Source: Euprymna scolopes (lineage: Eukaryota). Taken from it: 64,000 bases of DNA. Below the pieces are notes generated by a model. It did not search any database, was not told the origin of the DNA, and worked only from the letters and a program-made list of their open reading frames with translations. The stretch lies in assembly GCA_053919585.1 (NCBI GenBank), contig CM132816.1; one strand, given 5' to 3'. Numbering within the stretch: position 1 is the stretch's first letter; each line of letters begins with the position of its first letter. The position numbers and the translations under genes are program-made. Of the stretch, positions 1 through 10,699 are shown piece after piece.

Positions 1-396
1 TAAATGTATGTATGTATGTATGCGAAAAACTTTTGACAGAGGCAACGGATTTTCACGAGATCGGTATCATTTTGAAGCACGACCCTTCGGACAACAAATA
101 TCGAAAAATTGGCCACAAACATTAATTCCTTCACTCTCAACTAAGCACTTTTCTATATGGAGGGTCGCTTTTTTCGCTTATATTTTGGAAATTCATTTCT
201 GCTTCTCGATTGTCTAGTCTTAATTTAAACCAACGTCTCTTCTGGTTTGGCGATGGGCGCAACTGAAAACACGTCATGGTTTTTTTACGTTCTTTTCCTT
301 CTTTGCAGTACGAGTTCGAGCCAACCTGCCTACTATCACTTTTTTCTCTCAACAAGCACATCAAAGCATCTGGGCAACTCCGGGCACACAGGCTAG
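1..396 (+). mobile_element. Non-autonomous Helitron-like element, copy 1 (5' end outside window)
   Basis: First ~215 bp align with 425-590 and 1160-1370. Ends in degenerate GC hairpin CTGGGCAACTCCGGG followed by CTAG|T (393-397), a typical Helitron 3' terminus. Confidence 0.65.
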
Positions 397-1060
397 TTTA
401 TAATATAACTCTTACCTGCCTGTTTAAATGTATGTATGTATGCCTTAAACTTTCGACAGAAGCAACGGATTTTCACGAGATTTCTATCATTTTGAAGCTC
501 GACCCTTTATAGAAATAAATATCGCAAAACTGGCCCAAAACATCAATTCCTTCACCCTTAACTAGGCACTTATCTACAGGGAGGGTAGCAAAAAATCGTT
601 CCTTCGTGACAATTTAGCCAAACACGCATGCGCAAAAAAGTGTTTCTTGAATTAGTTTAAATATAAAGACAACGACCTAACTTAGCTCACGCGATCATAG
701 ACCAGCTGTTATAGTTTTAGCGGCGTTATCTGAAGAGTTCACGTTCGAGCCGAGATATCAGATATATTTTTTTCGATTTGTAAAGTTGTAGTATTGAAAC
801 AGGCTTATTTATACCATTTTTTCGTTCGTTTTATTTTTATATTTTCCGTCACGTTCGCTATTTTTTTGTTTTTCCGATTTTTTAAAGATTTAACATTTAA
901 ACAGGGTTATTTATGCCATTTCTTTTTCGTTTGCTTATTTTTTTATTTTTTATTACGTTCGATGTTTTTTTTTGTTTTTTCCGTTTAAAAAGTTATAATA
1001 TTGAAACAGGTTACCCACCACACCTCACCACACCCAGGCAACGCCGAGTACTCCCGTTAG
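397..1060 (+). mobile_element. Non-autonomous Helitron-like element, copy 2
   Basis: Starts TTTATAATATAA...(TGTA)n like copy 3; ends CCCAGGCAACGCCGAG...GTTAG|T (hairpin plus CTAG variant). Confidence 0.6.
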
Positions 1061-1131
1061 TCATAAATAATATGTACTGTAGGATAAAATGAAACAAAAG
1101 TTTATACCCAATGCACTAGCATGCAGATTAA

Positions 1132-1392
1132 TCTAGAATATAAATCTCACCTGTCTGTTTAAATGTATGTATGCATGTCTAAAACTTTCGACAGAAACAG
1201 ATTTTTACGAAGTCAAAATCGTTATGAAGCTAGACCCTTCGGAAGATAAATATAAAAAAAATGGCCAAAAACATTTATTCATTTATCCTCAACTGGGCAT
1301 TTTTCTACAGGGAGGGGTTGCTTTTTTCGCCGATATTTTCGAAAGTCATCCCCTATTTCCGATTGACTAGCCTTTCGTTACAATATTTTTAC
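1132..1392 (+). mobile_element. Non-autonomous Helitron-like element, copy 3 (5' part, truncated at the 385-bp repeat)
   Basis: A|TCTAGAATATAAATCTCACCTGTCTG start (5'-TC after A); aligns with copies 1 and 2. Confidence 0.6.
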
Positions 1393-2499
1393 ATTATAAT
1401 GGGGTAGTTATTTAAATTGCTGCCCACCTCAGCAATTTTTGGCACAAGGCCGGAAAAGTGGGGATATAAAGCAGGCTCCCCTAAAGGAGGGGCACACTTG
1501 CCTCAACAAAAATTGCTTGAGTAACCCCGTTGGCATTCCCCAGTCGGGACGCCTCAGGCAACAAGCAATAAATTTGTCCCACCCGAAAGCCGGGTGACAA
1601 GGCCTGGGAGAGTGGACCACATGTGTGATACAGAGGCGGTGTACTTCGGTCCTACAGGTGTTGGGCCGATTCCCGGTCCCTCACCTGTCGGGATGAGTGT
1701 CAAGAATGGATCCTTGACTTGTACTACTACCTTGTCTCCCTGCAGTCGAAGCTGCTAGGAGACACATCCCATCATAAAGATTATAATATGTAGTTATTTA
1801 AATTGCTGTCCACATCAGCAATATTTGGCACAAGGCTGGAAAGTGGGGATCTAAAGCAAACCCCCCTAAAGGAGGGGTACTCCAGCAATTGCAAAAATTG
1901 CTTGAGTAACCCCGTTTGCAATCCCCGGTTGGGGCGCCTCAGGCGACAAGCAATAAACTTGCCCTACTGGAAAGCCCAGTAGTAAGGCCTTGGAGGGTGG
2001 ACCTCCTGGGTATTATCCAGGCGGTGTACCTCAGTCCGGCAGGTTCTGTCTGGTTTCTGGCCCCTCACCTATCAAACTGAGTGTCAAGAACGAATTCTTG
2101 GTGTGTACTACTACCATGTCTCCATGCAGACGAAGCCGCTAGGAGACACATCCCATCACACAGAATATAATGGGGTAGATATTTATTTGCTGTCCACCGC
2201 AGCAAAATATGGCACAAGGCCGGAAGGTGGAGAGTAGGCAGGCTCCCCTAAAGGATGGGCACTGTTGCCTCAACAACGATTGCCTGGGCACCTCCATCAG
2301 CATTCCCCGGTAGTGGCGCCTCAGGCGACAAACAATAGACTTGTCCAACCCGAAAGCAGGGTGGCAAGGCCTGGGAAGGTGGACCTCCTTGGTGATACCC
2401 AAGCGGTGTACCTCAGTCTGACAGGTGTGGGGTCAGTTCCCAGCCCCTTACCTGTCGGGCTGAGTGTCAGTAACGAATCCTTAACGAGTACTCTACCCC
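1393..2499. repeat. Three tandem diverged ~385-bp GC-rich structured units (A 1393-1779, B 1780-2163, C 2164-2499, truncated); probable 3' region of the adjacent Tx1 LINE
   Basis: Unit starts A(T/A)TATAAT recur at 1393, 1780, 2164; shared motifs GGCACAAGGC, GCCTCAGGC, GCGGTGTAC; A and B both end CTAGGAGACACATCCCATCA; C joins directly to the RT. Confidence 0.9.
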
Positions 2500-3705
2500 C
2501 ACGGAGATTTACTTGCAGAAGTCCGGTATAAAACGAGCGGCCTCTAACATAGATGCCAGGAAACGATGGTCGACCCTATCGAACGCCTTGGATAGATCTA
2601 AATTGATCAGCGCGGCTTCCGTGTCGTCATCTATTCCCCCCTTTAGGATCGTACGGATCAGGTGCAAGTTGTTCTGAATCAATCTCCCCTTCACAGCGTA
2701 GTTCTGTTCCGGTTCAACCAACTTGCTGATAACAACCTGCAGCCGATTCGACAGGACCTTGGCCAAAATCTTCAAGTCTGTATTAAGCAGAGTTATGGGC
2801 CTGTAGGCGTCCAACTCTTCCCTTCCATGTCCGTTGCCTTTCTTCAACAATATGATCACTCCCTTGGTAACTTGGCCTGGGATGGATCCCTGAGCAAACC
2901 AATGGTTGAACACATCCGTCAGAAGAGGCAGAAACATGGGCAACAGCCTCAAATACAGTTCGCATGGGAGACCATCGAGTTCCGGCGATCTGTCACAGCT
3001 GACCTGCTTCACTGCAGTAAAAACCTCTCGCTCCGTCACCCGGCCCTCGCAACTAGCCGCTCTAGCCGCCTCGAGACGGAGAGCGTCAGCCAAATTTTCG
3101 CTAAACTCAAGGACTGGAAGATCGGGCTGCTGCATAAAATGTTCCTCGAAATGCATTCGAAACCCCTCGCAGATCTCCCGAGTCGATTCAAGGGTGCGTC
3201 CATACGGATGTCTGACTTTCGTAATGTATTTGTTCGAGCCACGCGTAGAAACCTCACGGCGCACGTCCGTATCAGAACTGATTTCCTCATTGCCTATCTT
3301 TCTAAGCCTAGCTCTAACTACTTGGCCTTCGTAACGCTCACTAGTCTCGCGTAGAAGGTCCTGCTTAGCTAGTTCCTGATCAACCCTATCACCCTCCCCT
3401 GCATCCCAGGCTAGTTTCTTCTCTAACTGCTTCTTCGTCTTAGCCGTATCTAGTGCGAGGCGCTGGGCATACTTTACAAAGAAGCTTCTGATCTTAGCTT
3501 TAAGACCTAACAACCAATTACTCCCGGTAACCGCCTCCACTAGTGCCTTTTTAATTAAATCTCTTAACTGATCTCGGAGGTCTTGTATCCCCAGAATGGA
3601 GGTGTTTAACTTCCAGTACCCCGCTTAGGCCTATTTCCTAGCTTCAGCCGTGCCATAACTAGTTTATGGTCCATCTGGCCTAGCCAAGTGAACGTGGGAC
3701 AGAAT
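2500..3705 (-). pseudogene. L1/Tx1-clade non-LTR retrotransposon ORF2 fragment (end of APE endonuclease, linker, N-terminal RT)
   Basis: ORF 2509-3540 has SPELDGLPCELY, YRPITLLNTDLKILAKVLSNRL, EPEQNYAVKGR, INLDLSKAFDRVDH. Upstream sequence encodes DHKLV and YWKLNTSIL across a frameshift. Stop at FCK*; RT motifs QG/YADD are deleted. Confidence 0.93.
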
Positions 3706-4518
3706 ACACCAAATGGATGTGTTTTATGCTTTCCTAAATCCAATCCTTTTCGTAACAAGATATTCGGTGTATTTTAAACAGTATGTGACTTATCCCTCTG
3801 CCCGGCAATATATTTTGGCCGGGTAACGTCGGGTATAATACCAAACAAAATCATTTAACACTTCCAGTATTCTTTGCGAAACTATAACTTCATCATTTAC
3901 ATGGATATGGACTAACTTATTTTGAAAAAACATCAATTATTTTTTAAATATTAGACACATTTCGATGCGGTATACGACACGATTAATTGAAACGAAAATC
4001 ATACTAAGACATACGTTCAATTCAACCGATGCTCATAAACCAATGTTGCATTGTCAGATACATTCTTAGCCCAAACGTATTTGTACAGTACGCAGAATGA
4101 TTTAAGCAAACTACATTATTGTTCTCCTTTCGATCTCGCATATCTTTTCGAGTGAATGCAGTTTGTTATTTTAATGCCTTCGAAATCTTCCCTGTTTTCA
4201 CCATAAAAACTCGAAACCTCGTTTTGAGTTTAAATGAATAGCCCTCTTTGAAGAAGCGACTGTCTTGTCTCGGCAAAATCGACTTCACAATCTAGTGGGA
4301 AACACTCACTTGCCTGCCAATCCTTCCTCGCAGAGATGTTGCAAGTTTTTATTTTCTATCGGTATTTCTCTGCTTCAATCCACAGCTCTGTTCCCAACTA
4401 AACCCTTTCTCAGCAAAAGCTCGTTTCCTTACCAATATCGGAATGTTTTTATGCAGATACTATCATTGTTTTCAATTCCAGTGTAAATATATATCATGTC
4501 GTCCTGTGAATATCTATC

Positions 4519-4800
4519 TCTACTATTATATAAAAGTCACTTTGTGTTTGTGTGTGAGTTCCTTCCTTATAGGTTCCGAAACGACTGAGCTTGTCTTTTG
4601 CAAATTTCACACAAGGGTAATTTATATGTCTGGCAGTGTTCTTATATATGTTTTGCATAGATATTCGTCAGATAAGTATCGAAAATCGAAAAAATTAGTA
4701 TTTTTTTCTGGTAGATAAAAAATTATAAGGTAATATTTTAGTTTGCACCGGCAAGGGAGATAATAAAATCTTAAGAAATAATTTTTTTTAGAAAAAACAA
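4519..4800 (+). mobile_element. Helitron-like 5' segment, same family as 57019-57723
   Basis: TCTACTATTATATAAAAG..ACTTTGTGT..GAGTTCC..AAATTTCACA..AGTGTTCTTA..GATAAGTA.CGA shared with 57019-57280; 3' end not identified. Confidence 0.55.
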
Positions 4801-4814
4801 ATTTGTTGACATCT

Positions 4815-4886
4815 GGAAACATAGCTCAGTTGTAGAGCATTCCACTACAGATCGAGTTATCCCATGTTCAAGCCCGGCTGTACCTC
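4815..4886 (+). pseudogene. tRNA-Cys pseudogene (anticodon GCA mutated to ACA)
   Basis: GGAAACA-TAGCTCAGTTGTAGAGC-A-TTCCA-CTACAGA-TCGAG...GTTCAAGCCCGGC-TGTACCT is colinear with metazoan tRNA-Cys (TAGCTCAGTGGTAGAGCATTCGACTGCAGATCGAG...). Mismatches in acceptor, anticodon and T stems; T-runs downstream. Confidence 0.8.
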
Positions 4887-5422
4887 ACCATTTTATTTTA
4901 TTTTTTTTCTTATTAATGAATTCAATTTACGATAAAATAGCGATACCATTTAAAAGCGCCGCAAATTATTTCTTTGTTTGCATATCTTAAAACTAAACAT
5001 TAATCAGAAGTGAGTTTCCAAGTCATTCATCGTCAAGCCCAAATATCAGCTGACGTTATATTGTAAACAAACACAGACGGAATTCGATGAACTATATTAT
5101 CATTATTATTTATTTTATTTATTTTGGCGAATTAGTCCACCGGGCAAATTATTCCTCGTAATAACAATAGAGGATTTATTCTATAATAATACATGTGCAA
5201 TCTGCATAAATTAAATATCATGTTTAAGTGTATTGTACGACCGAGCAAGTTATTCATATTTCTCAACCCTAAAATAATATCATTAGTTTTTGACAAAATG
5301 CGTACAAATACTATGAAAGCTTGTTACCCGCAGTTTGCAAAGAATTACAACGGTTTTCAAGAAGTCGATGCAACAAGTTAAGTTAACATGTTCTATATAC
5401 TGACAAAAATATAAAGGGAACG

Positions 5423-5490
5423 TGTGGTGGTGAAGCGGATATCAACGTGGATTGATAACCTGTGCTTTCCACGTTCAAATCCTGTTGGTC
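5423..5490 (+). pseudogene. Degenerate tRNA-like / SINE head
   Basis: A-box-like TGGTGAAGCGG and B-box GTTCAAATCC at tRNA-like spacing; no intact cloverleaf. Confidence 0.35.
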
Positions 5491-6466
5491 AGAATTACTT
5501 TCACTATAGGCGTTGTCAACCTTCTCGCTTCTTCATCTGTCGGTATCGGATTTTCCAGTCCTTTTACCTTGTTGGAATCCTTCGACTAATAGTTATCTTC
5601 CAAGCTACCTACACATAAGAAACTGTTTTACAATCGTATTTATTTAGTTTTCCTTCAAACAATATTTTACATTTTATAAACGGTTTAGCAGACTGACGAG
5701 CTGCTTAAATCAATCCGTACTCGTCGAGGAAAAAACATATACCAAGTCAAATATGACTTTTAAAAAATAAATAAATTTTTATTTGTGAATATTCAAAAAT
5801 ATTTTAATTGAATAAGCATTTCCTTTTTATTTCAACGAAATTAATTAAACAAAATTATTACAATTCGAGTGATTTCGTGAAATCAGCAGACAAGAGTCAA
5901 GATGTCTAAATAGCGTAAATCGTTTCTTTTTTAATTATGCAAGTTTTAGTTTAAAAATGTACATTTTCTTTAATTCGATATCTTAAGATTTTATTTGACT
6001 AATTATCGTCAAAATAGTTTCAGGAAACTGATGATTATTTTTCCAGCGATTTTTAAAGTTGATTTATTCGGACTTGAGATGCGAATGAATTTTTGTTGTT
6101 TTTGTCGACATTTGTCACAGTATTTTTTTTAAACATGTAAGTATACATTTTTTTTCTTTTAGAGATTAACTTTGGTATTTTATCTTAAAAACACAATCCA
6201 AATTGAAACGTAAATAATAATAAAAAAAAAACTATAAGACACACCGGAGTGTGCTTTTTCGGCCATTTTTGCACGTACCTAGTATTATGCAAATATATTC
6301 TTTGTGACTGTAGTATTTTTAGTAATGATATGATAATGCATAGTTATAATACCCCCCCAATTCCGCAAGTATTTCAGCATAGGTATATGAAAATCAGGTT
6401 AAAATAAAGCATAAAAGTATTTGCACATATGTTCAAAGACATGATAATCTCAGTCTATTCACCATT

Positions 6467-6515
6467 TTGAAGGAACCTTAGCAAGCTCTTAAGGAACCCT
6501 GGTTGGGAAACCCTG
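6467..6515 (+). mobile_element. Solo right end of a hAT (Charlie-like) DNA transposon
   Basis: GGAACC subterminal repeats, then GGTTGGGAAACCCTG (reverse complement CAGGGTTTCCCAACC) followed by CTCTA target-like bases; partner TIR not found. Confidence 0.55.
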
Positions 6516-7098
6516 CTCTATGTTTATTTTTAAGGCAGTTTATTTTTTGACAAAGAAAAGCATTGCATTTTCTTTAAGGGAAAGTTAAAACTAAAAGATG
6601 TTTGTCTTTATTTTCAATAAATTCTTTAGAAAAAAAAACAATGTAACGTGAAAGAAAGTAACGATTTCTACAATTTTTGTTTTGTAATGGCACATATTTT
6701 TAAACGAAAAAATAAACAAATAGCATAGAATTAGAATTAGTTTAGTGTTTGGATTAGTTTAGAATTAGATTTTAAAAAATCCAATCTTCAAGGTTCTTGT
6801 AGGTTAGTACATAATTGGCTTAGCACTTCGACATTTTCGGTTTTTTTAGGGTAAACGGCCGAAAGCTGTTGAACAAAAATGGTAAACGTACGGTGAGTGT
6901 TTTTCTTTAATTTTCTTAAATTTACAAAGCCGCCTCTTTTTGATTTGACTATACTTCCTTTGTGATTCGTCTGTTTTTCGCTGCTTACGTAAACGGCCGG
7001 AATATGCCGCAAATCATTTTCTTTTTACTTTTGTCCAAAAGCTATAACGTTTTAGCTCCGTTTTACTTTCTTCTGTTAGTCGGATATTTTACTACCTC

Positions 7099-7198
7099 AC
7101 AGACGCGCATGCGCGCGCATACATACACAAAAGAACACATATACATAATACATAAACACAAACACACACACACGCACACGCACACGCACATACACACA
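7099..7198. repeat. Imperfect (CA)n/(CACG)n microsatellite
   Basis: Seen directly. Confidence 0.8.
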
Positions 7199-7235
7199 AA
7201 AACGCCACAATCGCATTCTAATTCTTTTCACTGTT

Positions 7236-7590
7236 TTTTTTAATTATTATTTGTTTTTGATTTTTTAATTATTATTTGTTTTTGATTTTTTAATTATTAT
7301 TTGTGTTTGATTTTTTTTATTATTATTTGTTTTTAATTTTTTTATTATAATTTGTTTTTGATTTTTTTATTATAATTTGTTTTTGATTTTTTAATTATTA
7401 TTTGTTTTTGATTTTTTAATTATTATCTATTTTTAAGTTTTTTATTATTATTTGTTTTTGATTTTTTAATTATTATTTGTTTTTGATTTTTAAATCATTA
7501 TTTATTTTTGAGTTTTTTATTATAATTTGTTTTTGATTTTTTATTATTATTTGTTTTTTATTTTTTTATTATTATTTGTTTTTGATTTTG
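7236..7590. repeat. ~25-bp minisatellite TTTTTTAATTATTATTTGTTTTTGA, ~14 copies
   Basis: Seen directly. Confidence 0.92.
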
Positions 7591-8154
7591 TTTTGTTTCT
7601 TTGTGATTTTCTCAGTTACACCATAATTTACAAGAACCGTCAAATTACGCAAGTGATACCATTCTCTAAAAGAACACAAATGAAGCTTATTTTTGCTTGG
7701 CAATGAAGAACTAGAAACAAACGAGAAACCGTTATTTATGGATACAATAAACGTCATTTTCGAAACCATTGAATTGCAGCCGGGTGCAGGGGTAGGTACA
7801 TGGTATAGAGAAACCGAAATAAAATGAAAGTTCTTTTTTCCTTATTTGGCCTTCTATTCATTTTGACTTCATTTATCATGTTCATTGTTTAAACCTTAAT
7901 CATGTGTTCAGTTCAGAATTGCTTGTTTGGTAAAACATGAAGAGATTAGCATTGGAGACTGTCACGACCCCACGCGCATCCATTCGTACACATTCTTCAT
8001 TGTGTGTCATGCTAAAAGCTAGTAACCTTTACTCGACCAGTGCAGACGGAAGCTAAAAATAAAACAGTACGAGATTGGTATATTTATATAGAATATGCAC
8101 ACATAAGTCACCGCATACACGAGCGAGATAACGAACTGGTCAAAATTGATCATT

Positions 8155-8250
8155 GTGTTTCTGAAGTTTTGAGATGCGGATTGATAATTCGTATTATTTG
8201 GATTATTCAGATTATTATTCTCACCACGAGTATTATTTTTACAACGTTTT
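8155..8250 (-). repeat. Dispersed repeat fragment, homologous to 59457-59545
   Basis: GTTTCTGAAGTTTTGAGATG.GGATTGAT..TTCG...TTCTCA...GAGT.TTATTTT.ACAACG shared between the two loci. Confidence 0.65.
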
Positions 8251-8330
8251 AACCATTTAACCTTGAACTTCTTCAGTTGTATTTTGTAGAACAAGGCAAT
8301 CTTTCTGTCGAACTCAATATTTTCCCGATC

Positions 8331-8389
8331 CCGTGTTAAATTACCGATTCCGTGTTAAATTACCGATTCCGTGTTAAATTACCGATTCT
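8331..8389. repeat. 19-bp tandem repeat CCGTGTTAAATTACCGATT x3
   Basis: Seen directly. Confidence 0.9.
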
Positions 8390-9547
8390 GATTCTTAAAA
8401 TCTCTAAATATTTAATTGTAGTGTTGGCGTATTTTAAAATTATTTTTTATGTAATATATATTTTTTATATAATACATATATTTTAGTAAACGTAAAAATG
8501 AATATCTGAGGTTGAATTTGAATCATAATTTGAATTTACGTATTTTATTTATCATTTTGCCATTAGTTCCAACAATGGAAAATTACGAATAAAAAAAATA
8601 AAAAATCAACAATTAAAAAAATAGTTTTTTTTTTTTTTGTTTTTATTTTGGCATCAGAAAAATTGGCACAAATGTTTGGATTCCGACATCCAAAGATGTG
8701 CCGATTTATTTGATTTTCGATTCCGATTCTGATTAATCGTCCCATTTGCATATAAATTCTCGTTGTTCCAAAAACGCATGCATTTACTGTTGTAAAGTGA
8801 CTGATGTATTATTTATTATTTTTTCCATGCTGTTTACATCGTTCACATATTTTCATGTTTAGTCGGCCTTAATAATATAACAACAGCATGTATAATGAAC
8901 CGTAAATATACTTGACACAACTTCCTTTTTATTCTAATTTCTTGACCACGTGCGGCAAATGTGTTATATAATAAAACGTAGGTATATTATTGAAACGTGA
9001 GAAAATATATTTCCAATAGGCGCAAAACAATTTATAGGTGTGTAGAACTTTGCATCTCCGTAGAATTTCACATAAATGAACATAGGTCATTGGGCAAAAA
9101 GGTGATACTATCAGTTACAGAATTGTTTAAACTTTTATATTTTACAAAAGCGCGTTGGTTTGTTAGACGAATCTGACTTTTATAAAGCTCACAAAGATCG
9201 TGTCTCGGGATTTTTTTGCATGGGGTTCTCGTTTGTAGCAGAAATGAGTTAACCTGGAGGATCTCAAGCTTTTTATTCCGGACACCAATATCAGAGAGTC
9301 TCAAAAATTGCATGCGAGTGAAAGTTTCGTCTAGAAAACACACAAAAAATGTCTCGGAGCAAAATTTCATTGATTTGCGGTTCTTCATCACACACATCTT
9401 TATTTACTACATGCAAAACGACCGGAGAAAGACGAATTCTGATAACATCTTCTGGATTTTTACGCGAGTCCTGTTAAGCAGATAGCGACCCTAATAACGT
9501 TGCCAAAAATTGGAATTTCAGACGTCAGTGATCTTGTAAATATACAT

Positions 9548-9995
9548 ATGACGTAACGATTTGTTCGACTTAAAACCTAAAGTATTCCTAATGTTACCGC
9601 GTATTTTCAGTCGAGAAGAAATGGTCAGTAAGGCAGAATTCCACCCAAGCTCCAATATGTGTGGAATCTGATGTACAAAAAAATAAAATATGATTTATTG
9701 GTTTTCTTTTGCTTCCATTTCACAAAAGTGAGCATTGTGATGAGTTTCTTCTTATCAGGAAATGGTTTCAACCTTTACTTATCCAGCTCGGGATAAATTG
9801 CAGAACATCAAGACATGAATGGGTGTGTGCTATTTGCAAATCTGCTTTAAATAACAATTTCTCCATTTTAAAAATAAAAATCTTCATGTGCACTAGAAAG
9901 ATTATATTCTGTTTCCTGCAACTTTATGTTCTTGCAGATATGTTAACTGGAAGACATCACACATTCTCAAACACACACAAACATATGTGTGTGCG
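9548..9995 (+). repeat. Unclassified ~450-bp dispersed repeat (inverted copy at 53455-53900)
   Basis: CCCAAGCTCCAATATGTGTGGAATCTGATGTA and CACAAAAGTGAGCATTGTGATGAGT have reverse-complement matches near 53.7-53.8 kb; ORF-track peptides 9709-10050 and 53411-53752 are homologous. Confidence 0.9.
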
Positions 9996-10387
9996 CGTGC
10001 GTCTGTATTCACTACTAATGCTCAGACTGTCAGGTTTTAAGCTCAGTTGATATTAATGTTTTAATACTATTAGAAATTTAGATTACAGTAACCATATCTT
10101 TATTAAAAAAATCAAGACACTTGAAAAATAGTTTCATCGACACAAAGACAAGCATGATATACACAGTAGAGAAAACTTGAATGCTCACGAAGAGTAGATG
10201 TCTACTAGATATTGTTTAAGCCTTCTTTATACAATTGTTGTCAGGATAACCTGGCATGAAGATACTTCCCCAATAAGTAAACCCTAACTAAATATGCAAA
10301 ATAACATAGTATTCGAAGCCAAAATAATATCCCTTCGGTATCGTTACTATACAATGGCTTATACGATGATTGATGCATCTTCTCTAC

Positions 10388-10663
10388 GTGGGTCCTGGAT
10401 ATGACCTTAAACTATATCCAGTGGTGAGGCCCCAGCTTGCGGGCTTTGGGGAGTGTGGAGCCACCCTTTAATTGCCATTGCTCCCAGGTCCACTCTGACC
10501 CGGATTGGTAGTACCTGTTAGGGTCCCAACTATGGGTTGAATAGAATTCGATTTAAAAACAACAAATATATTCTATTAAAAATTTTTACTTCAAAATCTT
10601 TGGATTCGGCATTAAATAACCTGAAAAGGTTGATATGCCGTAAAACAAAAACAAATAACCAAA
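10388..10663 (+). mobile_element. SINE-like interspersed repeat
   Basis: GC-rich block GGATATGAC..TAAAC...TTGCCATTGCTCCCAGGTCCACTCTGACCCGG...GGCATTAAATAACC..GGTTGATATGCC with AAAC-type tail; resembles an abundant cephalopod repeat as I recall it (unverified). Confidence 0.6.
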
Positions 10664-10699
10664 TCTTCTCTAAGTGATATTGCTTATTGATACTAACAA

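Noticed and set aside
728-765. CTGAAGA hammerhead-like motif
   Set aside because: GAAA replaced by CGAGA; no valid stem I or III.
2662-3354. 230-aa and 142-aa plus-strand ORFs
   Set aside because: Antisense shadows of the Tx1 RT frame with no recognisable motif.
3817-3842. Helitron-like 3' hairpin CCGGGTAACGTCGGG
   Set aside because: No CTRR terminus follows, so it cannot be tied to copy 3.
5692-5735. CTGACGA...GAAA motif
   Set aside because: Stems II, III and I cannot form in hammerhead geometry.
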